A DNA stretch of 63,503 bases, the filler included, from Octopus bimaculoides (lineage: Eukaryota): the NCBI RefSeq assembly GCF_001194135.2. It is 9 parts of 8 records of this genome, joined end to end, with 100 filler letters (N's around TTAATTAATTAA, not from the genome) between each part and the next. Parts side by side here need not be neighbours in the genome. Positions count along the whole stretch, not along the records: positions 41,209 to 53,835 come from NC_068983.1; positions 53,936 to 59,142 come from NC_069000.1; 7 more parts are not named here. One strand, written 5' to 3'. The notes beneath the pieces are model-generated. The model had not been told where the DNA came from and did not search any database. It saw only the letters and a list, made by a program, of their open reading frames with translations. Positions 41,717-53,967 of this stretch are shown here, piece after piece (the first letter of the stretch is position 1; every line of letters starts with the position of its first letter). The translations under genes were made by a program, and so were the position numbers.

Positions 41717-41870
41717 GACGGGCTTCTTTCAGTTTCCGTCTACAAAATCCACTCACAAGGCTTTGATCAGCTTAAGTCTATAGTAGAAGACACTTGCCCT
41801 AGGTGCCATGCAGTGGGACTGAACCCATAACCATGTAATTGGTAAGCAAGCTACTTACCACACAGTCACC
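41485..41870 (-). mobile_element. SINE family A
   Basis: Reverse complement of family A with an internal (TA)n. Confidence 0.8.
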
Positions 41871-41994
41871 TCTATATATATACATATGTACACATATAAA
41901 TCTACATATATACATCTATCTATCTATCTATCTATATATATATATATATATATACATAGAAATCTATAAATATACATCTTTTTGTAAACTACAT

Positions 41995-42055
<61 letters not shown>

Positions 42056-42214
42056 CATATATATATATACATATATATACATACCTATATACATATAAAT
42101 CTATTTATATATATATCTATACATATACATATATATATATACATATATATATATACATGTATATGCATATATATATATATATACATATATATACATATAT
42201 ACATACATATATGT

Positions 42215-42269
<55 letters not shown>

Positions 42270-42500
42270 CATATATGTACACAAATATATATATACACAT
42301 ATATACATGCATGCATATATATATATATATACACACATATATATACACATATATACATACATATAAATCTATATATACACATACATCTATACATATACAT
42401 GTATATATATATATATGCATATATATATATATATACATACATATATATGTGCAGATGTATATACACATGTATAGATGCATGTGTGTGTGCATGTATATAT

Positions 42501-42760
42501 GTGAGATAATAGTGAAAGTATTAAACTGAAAATATTGTCTCACATTCCAATAGAGATGTTATTGTTTCACTTTTGACACGTAATACTGAAATAGTGTAAG
42601 AGATAAGAGATTGCTCCAGGCTCGCATGAGGAAAGAAGGTGAAAAGTCTTTTGGCTCATTACACTGCATGGACCCTAAGTAAGGCATGTGTAAAATTTGA
42701 ATAAAATCAGTTGGGTAGTTCTCAAGTTTTGGTGATGCACGTATACAGATAGATACACAT
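42501..42760 (+). mobile_element. Same family, copy 2
   Basis: Shares aatagagatgttatt..tcacttttgacacgtaatactgaaatagtgtaa...gcatggaccctaagtaa...catgtgtaaaatttgaat with copy 1. Confidence 0.55.
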
Positions 42761-43757
42761 TCTCAGTGTTATATATATATAAATAAGGCCTAGAGCTCCT
42801 ACTATTGTCTCCCCTGATTCTTTAGACAACAAATGATAGCAGATTTACAGCTGTTGGTTTAGCTACTGATGTTGCTGTAGCACTAAATAGAAGAGCGTGG
42901 TTTTTGTGTCTACTAATACAGGCTGTGTGATTGGATTATTATTATTATTTGGCAGTTTCATTTTCATTACACTCCCAAATGCAGGTCTGTATGTGTGTGT
43001 TTGCTTATTTCTTTTTTTTTTTTTTGTGAGTGTGTTTTGGTTTTGTATTTTGTATTCTAGGTAAAATTTGTACAGTGCCAAAGTAGTGCTATTGTTTGTA
43101 TCTTGTGCATATTTGTAAGCTCTTAGCTTTGGTTATGTATTTGCCTGCATGTTTTTTTATCATTCCCAAGATACTTATCATATTTTTGTTTCCAGTCCTC
43201 ACTCTCAGGTTATCTCTATTTATAAATCTTTAAATTTGGATAATTTTTCCATTCCTTTGAAAATCTGTTGAAAGTGAAACTTTGATTATGAGGCACTTTT
43301 TACTTACTAATCCTCAACAACAACATCTGTTTGATTAGCCATCACTAAAGACACAATGAAATGTCTACAGCAGAGATGCTGAAGACGTTTCGCTGTGTCT
43401 TTAGGTGAAATACATAACTCTTGCTTACAACCATCCATCTTTCCTATATTGAAGAATCATCTTTAGGACTGAATAAACAAGACTAGTCTCGGAACTGAAA
43501 CATATCAAACATTTCCAACACTCAGAAACCCTAGCCATTACCTGATTGTGTATATTTGCTGCTGTTGTCAATGTCTCACACTAATGTTGTAGTTGTAAAT
43601 AAAGAACTGCAAAATTTAGGTCTGTGTTTATTCAAAAGAAATCCTTATCATCACTGTAAATTGTTTGTAGGTGATGTGAAACAGCAAGTTTAATTTTACA
43701 GTAGTTGTTATTGTTCTTTTATATTTAACTTTACTCATGTGTTATTCCTGTAAATAG

Positions 43758-43922
43758 TAAAACCACTCCACCAGCTGGCAGTGTTCGGACACTCAAAGCT
43801 GAAAAACGGCTGGTGCCACAGAAAATATCCGATTCCAACAATGTTGACACTTCTGGAGACAATTTAACTACAGATGAAAGAGCTCGTGAGGCAGAGAAAC
43901 GAGCTGCATGGCGGAAAGCCAG
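43758..43922 (+). CDS. scrib: Scribble-like (LAP family) C-terminal region, exon A
   Basis: taaatag|T AAA ACC...GCC AG|gtacaa; translates KTTPPAGSVRTLKAEKRLVPQ...DERAREAEKRAAWRKA(R), matching the Scribble C-terminal motifs VRTAKAERR and RALEAEKRALWRAAR; 165 nt, phase 2/2. Confidence 0.85.
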
Positions 43923-44410
43923 GTACAATATAATGGCAGATTTTATCTGCTGTCAACTTTCTTTTGTTCACTGATTTTTTTTTTTGCTTTATCATTCTTT
44001 TAATTTAGTCTTTGTGACTGCTCCTTTTTTGATCTGCTTTTCTCAGTTTTTCACAATTGCTCCCTTACTGACATACATGACTCAAGCAACTCTTATTTTA
44101 CTAATCCTTCTTATTCACTGAACAAACCCTTTACTGACATGTCTAGTTCACAGGACTGATCACTTGCTCACCTTTCTGATTTTGTGTGTATGAGTGTTTA
44201 AATGTACATAATTATCCTATGTATGCACATTCACACACAAATTTTCTCATATACGCATGCTATTGGCTCTTTAGAAATATATTACCATATTTCATCTGCA
44301 TAACCAATTCTAACTATACATTTATCCAATCCTGCTTTATTACAGCTTGTAAATCTATCTGCTCTGTTTTGACCTTATTATAATACCCACCATATTAACA
44401 CCCCTTGCAG

Positions 44411-44547
44411 AATGAAATCTTTAGAAGCTGACACCCTGAAGGCAAAGGCTGTGATTGAGAGAGCTAATGAATTATCTCAAAATATTTTGAGTCAAGACCC
44501 AAAATACAAAGTCAATCCACTTTCCACCATAGATATTGCATATGCTG
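44411..44547 (+). CDS. scrib: Scribble-like C-terminal region, exon B
   Basis: ccccttgcag|A ATG AAA TCT...GCT G|gtatgt; (R)MKSLEADTLKAKAVIERANELSQ..., continues the Scribble RMKSLEQDALRAQMV motif in frame with exon A. Confidence 0.85.
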
Positions 44548-44651
44548 GTATGTAATTGCCTTCATATTAACTGGCATTTTAATTTCTTTGGCTTTTTAAA
44601 AAATTGTTTATATTTTAACTTTATCTGCATGTAAATAATGTTATACTAGAC

Positions 44652-47600
44652 CAGTGAGTCTCAACCTTTTTTTTCTACCAGTGGTACTCTAAAATGTAGA
44701 TAAAAATGTCATAGCATATTTGATGCCAAAATTAAAAATTACCTTAAAAATGTCATCTTAAAGTTGTGGCATAAAATTATAGTGTTAAAAGAAACAGTTA
44801 TGTATGTACTCTATTGTAGTATCTACATATGCAGGTTGATTAATAGGAAACCTCTTCCTGATGTTTTTGTGCTATTCCTTCAATGTTTGGACATATATGT
44901 GATAAACATTCCTTTACTTCATCAATGCAGTGGAGCCTCTCTCACTTCTCATTCTTGATGTTATTTAGAGTTGAAAATCCTAATTCACACAAATAAGAAG
45001 TTGGAAATTGTAAGCAAAACTAATAAGGCTTTGTGAGGTATTCCTTTTGAATTCAAATTCAAAATGTATTAATAAGTATCTCCAAGTGCTTTATTTTAAA
45101 CATGCAAAATGGTTTCCAGTTCCTCTTTTCAGGATTTAGTCAGCCTTTATCAAGGGCTGGCATGCAGTCTCATTCCTCATTGAAGTTAGCTGCTTTGGCT
45201 TTCCATCTATATCTGTGCACTATTTCCTGCAGAAGATAGGTCTTGAACCATCACAACTGAAGAATGTCATCAAAGAAATAGGCATGGTAGCTGAAACTAG
45301 CTCTCAAGATTACTATGGTTGATAAGTGACTGCAAATGGAACCCTTCAGTAAATGAAGTCTAGCTCAGTCCTCGCTACTCCACTCAGGTAAAGCATACAG
45401 GCTAAGGGGCAAAACACTTATAACCCTGAAATACCTGCTAACAATACAGAAGAATTTTCAGCATTGCAATGGATTTAGAAGAGCTTGCAAAACCTCTGAA
45501 TATCTCCTGCAGTTTCTGCATAGGGCAAAGCATCTCTGATGTTTATTTCACCTATGTAGAGATTTCAAATATTGTATTTTTCTGTGTTCAATAAGGGACA
45601 TTTTTTTTTCCTTTCAGCATTGTCAGATGATTAATTACAATAGTAGTTAATGATGCAGTTTATATGCATTAAAGGAAACATTAAACTTACACAATTTTGC
45701 TCTGTTTTTCTAAATAATAATTTTCTTTTTGAAAGCAACCATCTTGCCTATGAACGTCAGAATTGTTTCATTTTTACCTTGCATATTGCTGTTCACAACA
45801 TTAAGCTGAGTAAATATGTAACAAACATCGAAGATGTTTATAGTCTTTCATGTTTCTCTATCAAAAAATGCTATTAATTCTTTTTGTAGTTCATGAATGA
45901 AAGTGAGCATTTTGCCTTTAGAAAGCTAAGGGTCTTCTTTCTGTATGCAGAAGTAATCAACAAGTGCTGAGAGTCCATTTCTTTGTATAGCTGTTTAAAT
46001 ATTCTTCACTTCAACAGTCTACTTTTAATATAACTGATGATTCCAACTATGATTTAACACTGACTTGAACTCTTCTTGAAATATTTTTGAAACTAGAAAC
46101 TCTGTATATAAAAAACAATGAGTACAAAGAAGATTTGGATTTTTTTTCTATGAGTGATACAAAAACTTTTAACAGAGCCAGTTATATATCATGCACCATC
46201 AGTACCAATGCCAATACATGATTTCTAAGTTAAATTCATTTGTTTCAAGATAACCAGTTGAAATATTCCAAATAGCTTGACTTCTTGTATTTGTTGGCAT
46301 TTCTTTACTACATAAATACTGATTGATTATTTCATCACCATTAATAAAGCACTATTACCTGTGGATTCATCAGGTATTAATACAAATTTAGCTTCCTGAA
46401 ATTTTTCTGGATATTTTTTATCAATATCTTCAGATAAATCTAAAATTCTCATATGTATCATATCACTTGAAAGTGGAATATTGTTAGTATCTTCATCTTT
46501 TTCTTTCAACATGGTTTTAACAATTCGTTTACAAACTAGCAATTGAAGTGATTTGAGCCCTTTCGGACAGTTATTTTCTCAAATATTTTATATCGCTTTG
46601 AGTCTTTGAAAGAATTAAGATCTCTATCCTGTAGATGCAAATGCTTAGTAGTAAAATGTCTTTTTAATTTACTTGATACCATTGGTTCATTGGACATTTT
46701 TTCACCTCAAACTATACATAATGGGCTTGGTTAATCAATTGTTGAAATTTACAGAAAAACAAAAGATGAAGACAGGTGTATAAACAACAAGCAGGTGTAT
46801 TAGTTTGACACTCGGGAAAGTGAAAAAGTCTTTTACATTTCAAGCCTACACTCTTCAGCAGAAAGGAACACGAGGAAATAAACTGAGAGAGAATAGAAAA
46901 ACTTGTGGATTTAGTGATCAATCATGATGACTGGTTGGGAAAAGGTAGTTGGACAGAAGAGCTAGGAAGAAGGGGAGATAATAAAGTACTGGTGATCCCA
47001 AAACGAAGGTGCATGTGTATGTGAGAGTGTGTGCATGTGGATAGGGGCTAGTGACTTTGACATGTGGATGTGTGCATCTGTAATGTATGGGTGTGTGGAT
47101 GGTGGTGTGGGTGCTGGGAAGTGGTCAGTGCTAGTGTGTGTAGTGTGGGGTGGTGTGGGTGGCAGTGTGGGTTTAAGGTGAGGATGTGGGGGTGGAGTGG
47201 AGTGTGGATGGAGGGGGTATAAACGAAGAGAGGTGGGTAGGAGTGAAGAAAGGAGGTAGGTGTCAGATAAAGAGAGGAGAGGAAGGAAGGGAAGTTGAGC
47301 TCATGTGGCGCAAAAGAGCAAAGAGAGAAGATTAATTACTGTTCACAGTGATGGTGAACTTTTGCCCTTTTGTAGTATTTTTTGATAAGTGTTTACTGTC
47401 GTCTGTCATTTTTTCTCTTAATAATTTTTTTCATTGTAGAAGGCACTGGATAAACAATTTTCACTGCATCTCACTGAGAAGAATTCTGATCCAAAAAATA
47501 AAAAGCTCGTTGTTTTAACTTATTTATTATGGAAACAAACTGAATGTCATGATTAGCTGCAGTAATTATTCACTTGTTTCATTCATTACCATATATGAAA

Positions 47601-47946
47601 TATAATTTAGCTCAAACGTTTTTTATAAGAATTATTTGTAAGTATATGGATTACATTTGTTCTGAACAAAAAATGAAAAATAGGCATACACCAATGATAT
47701 TCATCAGATCTTAATTAAACAAAGTGAAAGTGAATTTAGTTATTATTTTCTTATGTAATATAGAAGTCAAAATTCAGCAGAAGTTGTGCAGCCTTGTGGC
47801 CTCTTATTTTAAACTTATGTCTGCTACATTACCATTTGAGATTTTAGACCCTGTTTTCCTTATTTCCATAATTTTTCAGCTGTACCATTAAATTGTTTTG
47901 TGATATACCATATAGAATCTCATGGTACACTAGTTGAAAACCACTG
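44652..47946 (-). mobile_element. Degraded hAT (Buster/Charlie-like) DNA transposon with nested insertions, in a scribble intron
   Basis: Ends CAGTGAGTCTCAACC and AGTTGAAAACCACTG; flanks TACTAGAC/TACTTGGT (5/8); minus-strand transposase remnant at about 46310-46715 (SKLKRHFTTKH; IPLSSDMIHMRILDLSEDID...IPDEST). Confidence 0.6.
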
Positions 47947-48694
47947 TACTTGGTTTGTCTCTTACTATAGAATTTACTTAGTTTTTTTGTAATTATATTG
48001 AAAGTGACCCAATTTGTTTTCAATTGATTTTAGTTTCTTTTACACAAATACTCTAGATTTGTTGCCACTACATGTAGTGCAACTTAGTTTTATTGTCTAT
48101 AATAACTCTAACAATTAAAAAACTAGATTAGAACTCTTCCAAACTAAAAAGTAAAAGTAAAACTTATAGTCAAAATCAAATAATTGTTGTGTAAAGCAAA
48201 ATTTTTAGTAAAAGATGTGGCTGACCAAAGGAAACATTGTGGAGAATAATAACAAAAGATCTTAAAAGCAGAAGGTTAACAATGGAACAAGCTGTCAAGG
48301 ACACTTTCAGTGTTAGAAGGTAGAATGATCTTACTATCACCTGAAGTGTCACAAGGCACAATGAGAACTGAATGAATGAATGAATGGATAGCAAATATGA
48401 CTACTTTTCTACAGAAAGAAATTTGGGGCTGAGTATTATGATTCAGCAAAGTCACTTGAAATCTTGTTAACTAGAATGCTTGATTGCAATTTGAGGTAAG
48501 TGATAGATCATAAGTTGTGCATTGCATGAAGAATGGTTATTTTGCATGATTCAGCTAAAACATTGTAGTTCTAGCATATAACTTGTAAATTACTCATTAT
48601 CATCACCATCACAATTGTCACCGAAATTTTTCATGCTTTATTGCTCTAAAACAATTAGTAGCCACTGAGATGTATTTGTGCGTTTCTATTATAG

Positions 48695-48750
48695 ATGCTG
48701 ATTCTTCAGAAGAGTCTAGCAGTACTCAGAATGGTGATGGTAATCACATG
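48695..48750 (+). CDS. scrib: Scribble-like C-terminal region, exon C
   Basis: ctattatag|AT GCT GAT...CAC ATG|gtgagc; DADSSEESSSTQNGDGNHM; phase 1 in and phase 0 out, which exactly bridges exons B and D. Confidence 0.7.
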
Positions 48751-49896
48751 GTGAGCCAAAATTTCTTTTTCATCTTCCTGCTGAGTGTGATGACATTGAG
48801 GAGTTCATCATATCTACTTTGTTCATTAACATGATTAAAAAAATTAAGATTAATCAATTAACCACCACTTCCAGCTACTGTTGTATGTTTTCACACACTT
48901 CTAACCAAGTGCTTCTCCTCCAGACAAATAGTCAACATTTTTAACAAACTGCATCTCTTAAGTTTTATGGATTTCTAATTTTAGATCCTCTTCTAACCAA
49001 TGCCACTATGTACCACACCTGCCTCAAATATTCTACATTACTAATAATTCAAAGAACTTGTGTTCAGAAACAAGCAGGGATAGGCTTTTCTTTCCTCAGC
49101 AGCACGACTGAAAGAAGAGATAGTTGGTATTACTAATATCTGACAAGCTTCCCATCCAACTAGAATTACTCTCCCTCAAAAGGATGAAGGTTTAAGCTAA
49201 CTTTAAGTCAGTGCAGAAAAACTTAGAATGGAAAAAGACCTGCTTGTCACTTCATATCATCTAGAGGAATTTTGCAACTTTGCCATTGATATTTTGGTCC
49301 TTTGCCTTACTCAATTTGGAAGAGTGAACATACACACATGCACATATATTCCCACAGTTCTAAAACCAATTTGAATTCTTAATTTTGAAGCCTGCTGTTT
49401 GCTTCCTACAGACACATCAGTGTTGTTTATTTGAAAAGTGGTGGTGAATAGTAGTTTAATTTGCTTTATATTTGTGTCATAGGGAAAGTTATGATTATAA
49501 CTAAAAAGAACTAAACTAATACTTTTTGCCTATATTTGAATAAATGTGTGTCTGTATTACAGTCCAGACAACAGAAAATAAATATCTTTTTGGTAAAGGA
49601 CAAAATTCACAATTTACCTTTTACTCTTCAGAAAATCTCTTAGGCTGATTAATGTCTTCCACCTAGCTATGACTAACAGTAGCCATCAGCCCCTGAAAAC
49701 TCCTGTGTATGATTAAAGGAGTAAGTTTGGTGATAAGTAACTTACAACATTCTACTAGTTCCATCAATAAAAATAAAAATTAGAAGTAATATTTATCACC
49801 ACCTACATGTGGCATTCTATTAGAAGAGACGATACTGCTATTTTCACCCACAGGAGAACACCGCTTCCAGCTGGTTATTAAGTGTACTTTGCTCTC

Positions 49897-50048
49897 GATA
49901 TATATTGCAACTGGGGATAGACCCTCTGCCCACTCCTACTATTCTAGCTCAGAGACCACCAGATCATCCTCCTAAGGTTGAAATCATGTGATCAGGTGGT
50001 CTCTGAGCTAGAATAGTAGGGGTTCTCTCCCCACTTATAATATATATT
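49897..50048. repeat. Fold-back with a perfect 26-bp core stem in a scribble intron
   Basis: cctactattctagctcagagaccacc (49935-49960) / ggtggtctctgagctagaatagtagg (49995-50020). Confidence 0.85.
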
Positions 50049-50285
50049 GAGTGTGAAGTGCAACCCACTTAAACCAATGTAAATACTCTGCAAGGCATTC
50101 AGCTGTCCTCTGTCCAGAAGTTTAGATAATACAAAGATCATCCTCCTTACCACAAAAAGCTAAAGTTTCATGGTGATTTTCCTTATTTTCTAATATATTT
50201 TTGTTTTTGTTGTCAATGATATTTGTTTACATGTCAAATCCTTAATTAACTTAAGTTGATGGTAAACTACTTTGTCCTTCTTCAG

Positions 50286-50552
50286 TCAACCACAGAATCT
50301 GAGACACTTATTCAACAAGTGCTACCTCGGGGTCAGTTAACTGTCCAAAAAGGGAGAGGAGACACTACTATACGCAGGTCAACCCACATGATTGATCAGA
50401 AAGTGTCAGAACTCACTGAAGAGGTTTTTGATGAAAATTTAGGGAAACCTGTCTTAAAAACATATAGAATTACTGAAAAAACATTAGAGCATGAGGTAGG
50501 GTGCCACAGGGTTACACATGGTATAACAGTGCCATGTGATGCCATGCAGTGA
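50286..50552 (+). CDS. scrib: Scribble-like C-terminal region, exon D (ends at stop 50552 or at a possible donor after 50495)
   Basis: ctttgtccttcttcag|TCA ACC ACA; STTESETLIQQ...STHMIDQKVSELTEEVFDENLGKPVLKTYRITEKTLEHE; phase 0; resembles the extended tail of invertebrate Scribble isoforms (from memory, not aligned). Confidence 0.65.
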   Translation, partial: STTESETLIQQVLPRGQLTVQKGRGDTTIRRSTHMIDQKVSELTEEVFDENLGKPVLKTYRITEKTLEHEVGCHRVTHGITVPCDAMQ

Positions 50553-51039
50553 CACGATTAGTTAACATTTTGGTTTTGGCTTTGGTTATTTTCATTGTTT
50601 TGTTTTGGTTTTTATTTCTTTGGAAAGAACTGTTGCTATTTTCTGCTTTTACTCTCTAAAAACCGTTTGCTTCTTATCTCATGACACTGTATTAATAATT
50701 TCATTATATTTAACTTCATTCAAGAAAAATTGGAGATTCCTTTCTAAATTATGTAAATTAGGATAAAGATATGTTTTGACATGAAGAAGCATATATTCTT
50801 CAAAAGAAAAATATTTAAATATACTGAACTATTAGCATATTATATCCTTGAGCAAGGCACCTAATTTTATCTTGCTCCAATCTATTCAGAGTACCAACCA
50901 GGAGTTACAGCATCTTATCTCTCTCCAGTGATCACTTACCTAATGTTCTCTCCTTGATTCCATACATACATACATCTATATATATAAAACTGAGAGTATA
51001 TGTGTGTGTGTGTGTCTGTCTAGCTGTGTGTCTGTATGT

Positions 51040-51230
51040 ATGCATCACTAAAACTCAAGAACTACTAAACCGATTTCATTCAAACTTTACACATGCCTCA
51101 CTTAGAGTCCATGAAGTGTTATGGGTCAAAAAAATTTTCAACTTCTTGCCTAATGCGAGCCAGGAGCAATCTCAGTATTACGTGTCAAAAGTGAAACAAT
51201 AACATCTCCCTATTGCAATGTGAGATAAGT
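51040..51230 (-). mobile_element. Same family, copy 3 (inverted, internally deleted)
   Basis: catcactaaaactcaagaactac...cagtattacgtgtcaaaagtgaaacaataacatctc is the reverse complement of copies 1 and 2. Confidence 0.55.
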
Positions 51231-52011
51231 ATATATGTATTTATTTGTGTGTGTGTGTGTGTGCATTTATTTATATATATATGTATATGTATGTATATAT
51301 ACATGTATGTATTAATTATAATAAAGGGTAAAAATCATTAATGATTTTACCAGGGGGTCAGCCTAGAAATAAAAACCTGAAAGATAAATTTTACAAATAT
51401 TTTAATAATTATATACATAATTATAACAAAGAATTGGCTATAAGCCTCTCCACACACTAGAAAAATAGATGCCTAAAGACCCTATTACCACCTTAAAAAC
51501 TCAGAAAAATAAAACACAGGCTGTAGTCGGGCAAAAGAAAGATAATGAATCAAACTTTTGGTTAACCCTGTACAAGATCTTGTTTCAAGCTTAAGGTAAA
51601 AAGTTATACCTACTACACTCATTAGCAAACGATATTCCATAGTATAAATTGACAAGTATCTACACATATGTATATGAGCAGCAACTTTGTACAGTATTGC
51701 ATATATATATATACACACTCATAGAAATATACAGTAAAATAGAATTCCCATCTCTCTTTTTCAACCACGTATAGGATATCAAAACATATTCTGCATTGAA
51801 TGCAGTTTTGATCAAGGTGTAAATTTTTCAATTATTAATTATAATAAAGTGTAAAAGTCATTAATGATTTTACCAGGGGGTTAGCACGGAAATAAAAACC
51901 TTATAGGTAAAAGAAAGATAATGAGCATGGTTAACCAAAAGTTTAAGCCTAGAGATGCTTATAGCCAATCCCTTGCTATAATTATGTATATAATATTTAT
52001 ATATGTATGTG

Positions 52012-52053
<42 letters not shown>

Positions 52054-52774
52054 CATNNNNNNNNNNNNNNNNNNNNNNNNNNNNNNNNNNNNNNNNNNNN
52101 NNNNNNNNNNNNNNNNNNNNNNNNNNNNNNNNNNNNNNNNNNNNNNNNNNNNNNNNNNNNNNNNNNNNNNNNNNNNNNNNNNNNNNNNNNNNNNNNNNNN
52201 NNNNNNNNNNNNNNNNNNNNNNNNNNNNNNNNNNNNNNNNNNNNNNNNNNNNNNNNNNNNNNNNNNNNNNNNNNNNNNNNNNNNNNNNNNNNNNNNNNNN
52301 NNNNNNNNNNNNNNNNNNNNNNNNNNNNNNNNNNNNNNNNNNNNNNNNNNNNNNNNNNNNNNNNNNNNNNNNNNNNNNNNNNNNNNNNNNNNNNNNNNNN
52401 NNNNNNNNNNNNNNNNNNNNNNNNNNNNNNNNNNNNNNNNNNNNNNNNNNNNNNNNNNNNNNNNNNNNNNNNNNNNNNNNNNNNNNNNNNNNNNNNNNNN
52501 NNNNNNNNNNNNNNNNNNNNNNNNNNNNNNNNNNNNNNNNNNNNNNNNNNNNNNNNNNNNNNNNNNNNNNNNNNNNNNNNNNNNNNNNNNNNNNNNNNNN
52601 NNNNNNNNNNNNNNNNNNNNNNNNNNNNNNNNNNNNNNNNNNNNNNNNNNNNNNNNNNNNNNNNNNNNNNNNNNNNNNNNNNNNNNNNNNNNNNNNNNNN
52701 NNNNNNNNNNNNNNNNNNNNNNNNNNNNNNNNNNNNNNNNNNNNNATACATACATGGATAGGTATATATATTAT

Positions 52775-53290
52775 AGCCACAGGCCGACCAAAGCATTCTG
52801 AGTGAATTTGGTACATGGAAACTGAAAGAGGACTGTTGTATATATATATTATGTATGTATACGTGTGTCTGTGTCTGTGTTTGTACCCCCACCATTGCTT
52901 GACAACCAATGTTGCTGTGTTTACATTCACATAACTTAGCAGTTTGGTAACAGACACCGATAGAATAAGTACTTGGCTTACAAAGAATAAATCCTGTGGT
53001 CGATTTGTTCAACTAACAGTGGTGCTCCAGCATGGCTGCAGTCACATAACTGAAACAAGTAAAACAATAAAAAAGACTATGACATTTTAATCCCAAGCAA
53101 GGCCTGGTATCTCTGCTAGTTATATATATAGGTACAGGAGTGGCTGTGTGGTAATAAACTTGCTTCCCAACCGCATGGTTCCGGGTTCAGTCCCACTGCG
53201 TAGCACCTTGGGAATGTGTCTTCTACTATAGCCTCGAGCCAACCAAAATCTTGTGAGTAGATTTGGTAGATGAAAGCTGAAAGAAGCCCG
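52775..53290 (+). mobile_element. Two SINE family A pieces (52775-53075 body/tail; 53130-53290 head abutting the RTE fragment)
   Basis: Sequence identity with family A. Confidence 0.75.
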
Positions 53291-53835
53291 TTAGAGACTT
53301 ATTACTTGAGGCCTTTGATGAAATAGAAGGGGAAGTAAAAGACAACTGGACGTTTCTACAGGACAACCTGTTGAGGGCTACTGACCAGATCTGTGGATAG
53401 TGCAAAGTCCCCTCTCGACCCAAAATAACGTGGTGGTGGAACAATGTTGTTGACACGGCTATTAGACAAAAGAAACAGGCTTGGAGGGACTGAAAGAACG
53501 ATGGTAGCAGGGAATTGTATCAGACTGCCAGAAGGGAAGCTAAGCGACAGGTTTATTTAGCCAGAAGGGAAACAGATAAGAAAAAATTTGCCAATGTTCT
53601 GTGCCGTGAGGACCAAAGACTTGAAGTATTTCGTGTTGCAAGACAGTGTGTGAGAGAGAATTGTGATGTCGTTGGAGAGAAATGTGTTCGCATGGATGAT
53701 GGTATGCTTGCACTAAACGAGGCTGCAAAGAAAGAGGTATGGAGACGCCACTACGAAAAGTTGCTCAATAAAGAGAATGAATGGGAGAAAAAGAGTCTGC
53801 CGAATGTCGACCCAACAGAGGGACCAGCGATTCGA
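53290..53835 (+). pseudogene. RTE-clade LINE ORF2 fragment (region between endonuclease and RT)
   Basis: RDLLLEAF...DQICG*CKVPSRPKITWWWNNVVD...YQTARREAKR...VWRRHYEKLLN; TWWWN motif; stops at 53398 and 53491; truncated by a spacer. Confidence 0.85.
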
Positions 53836-53935
53836 NNNNNNNNNNNNNNNNNNNNNNNNNNNNNNNNNNNNNNNNNNNNTTAATTAATTAANNNNNNNNN
53901 NNNNNNNNNNNNNNNNNNNNNNNNNNNNNNNNNNN

Positions 53936-53967
<32 letters not shown>

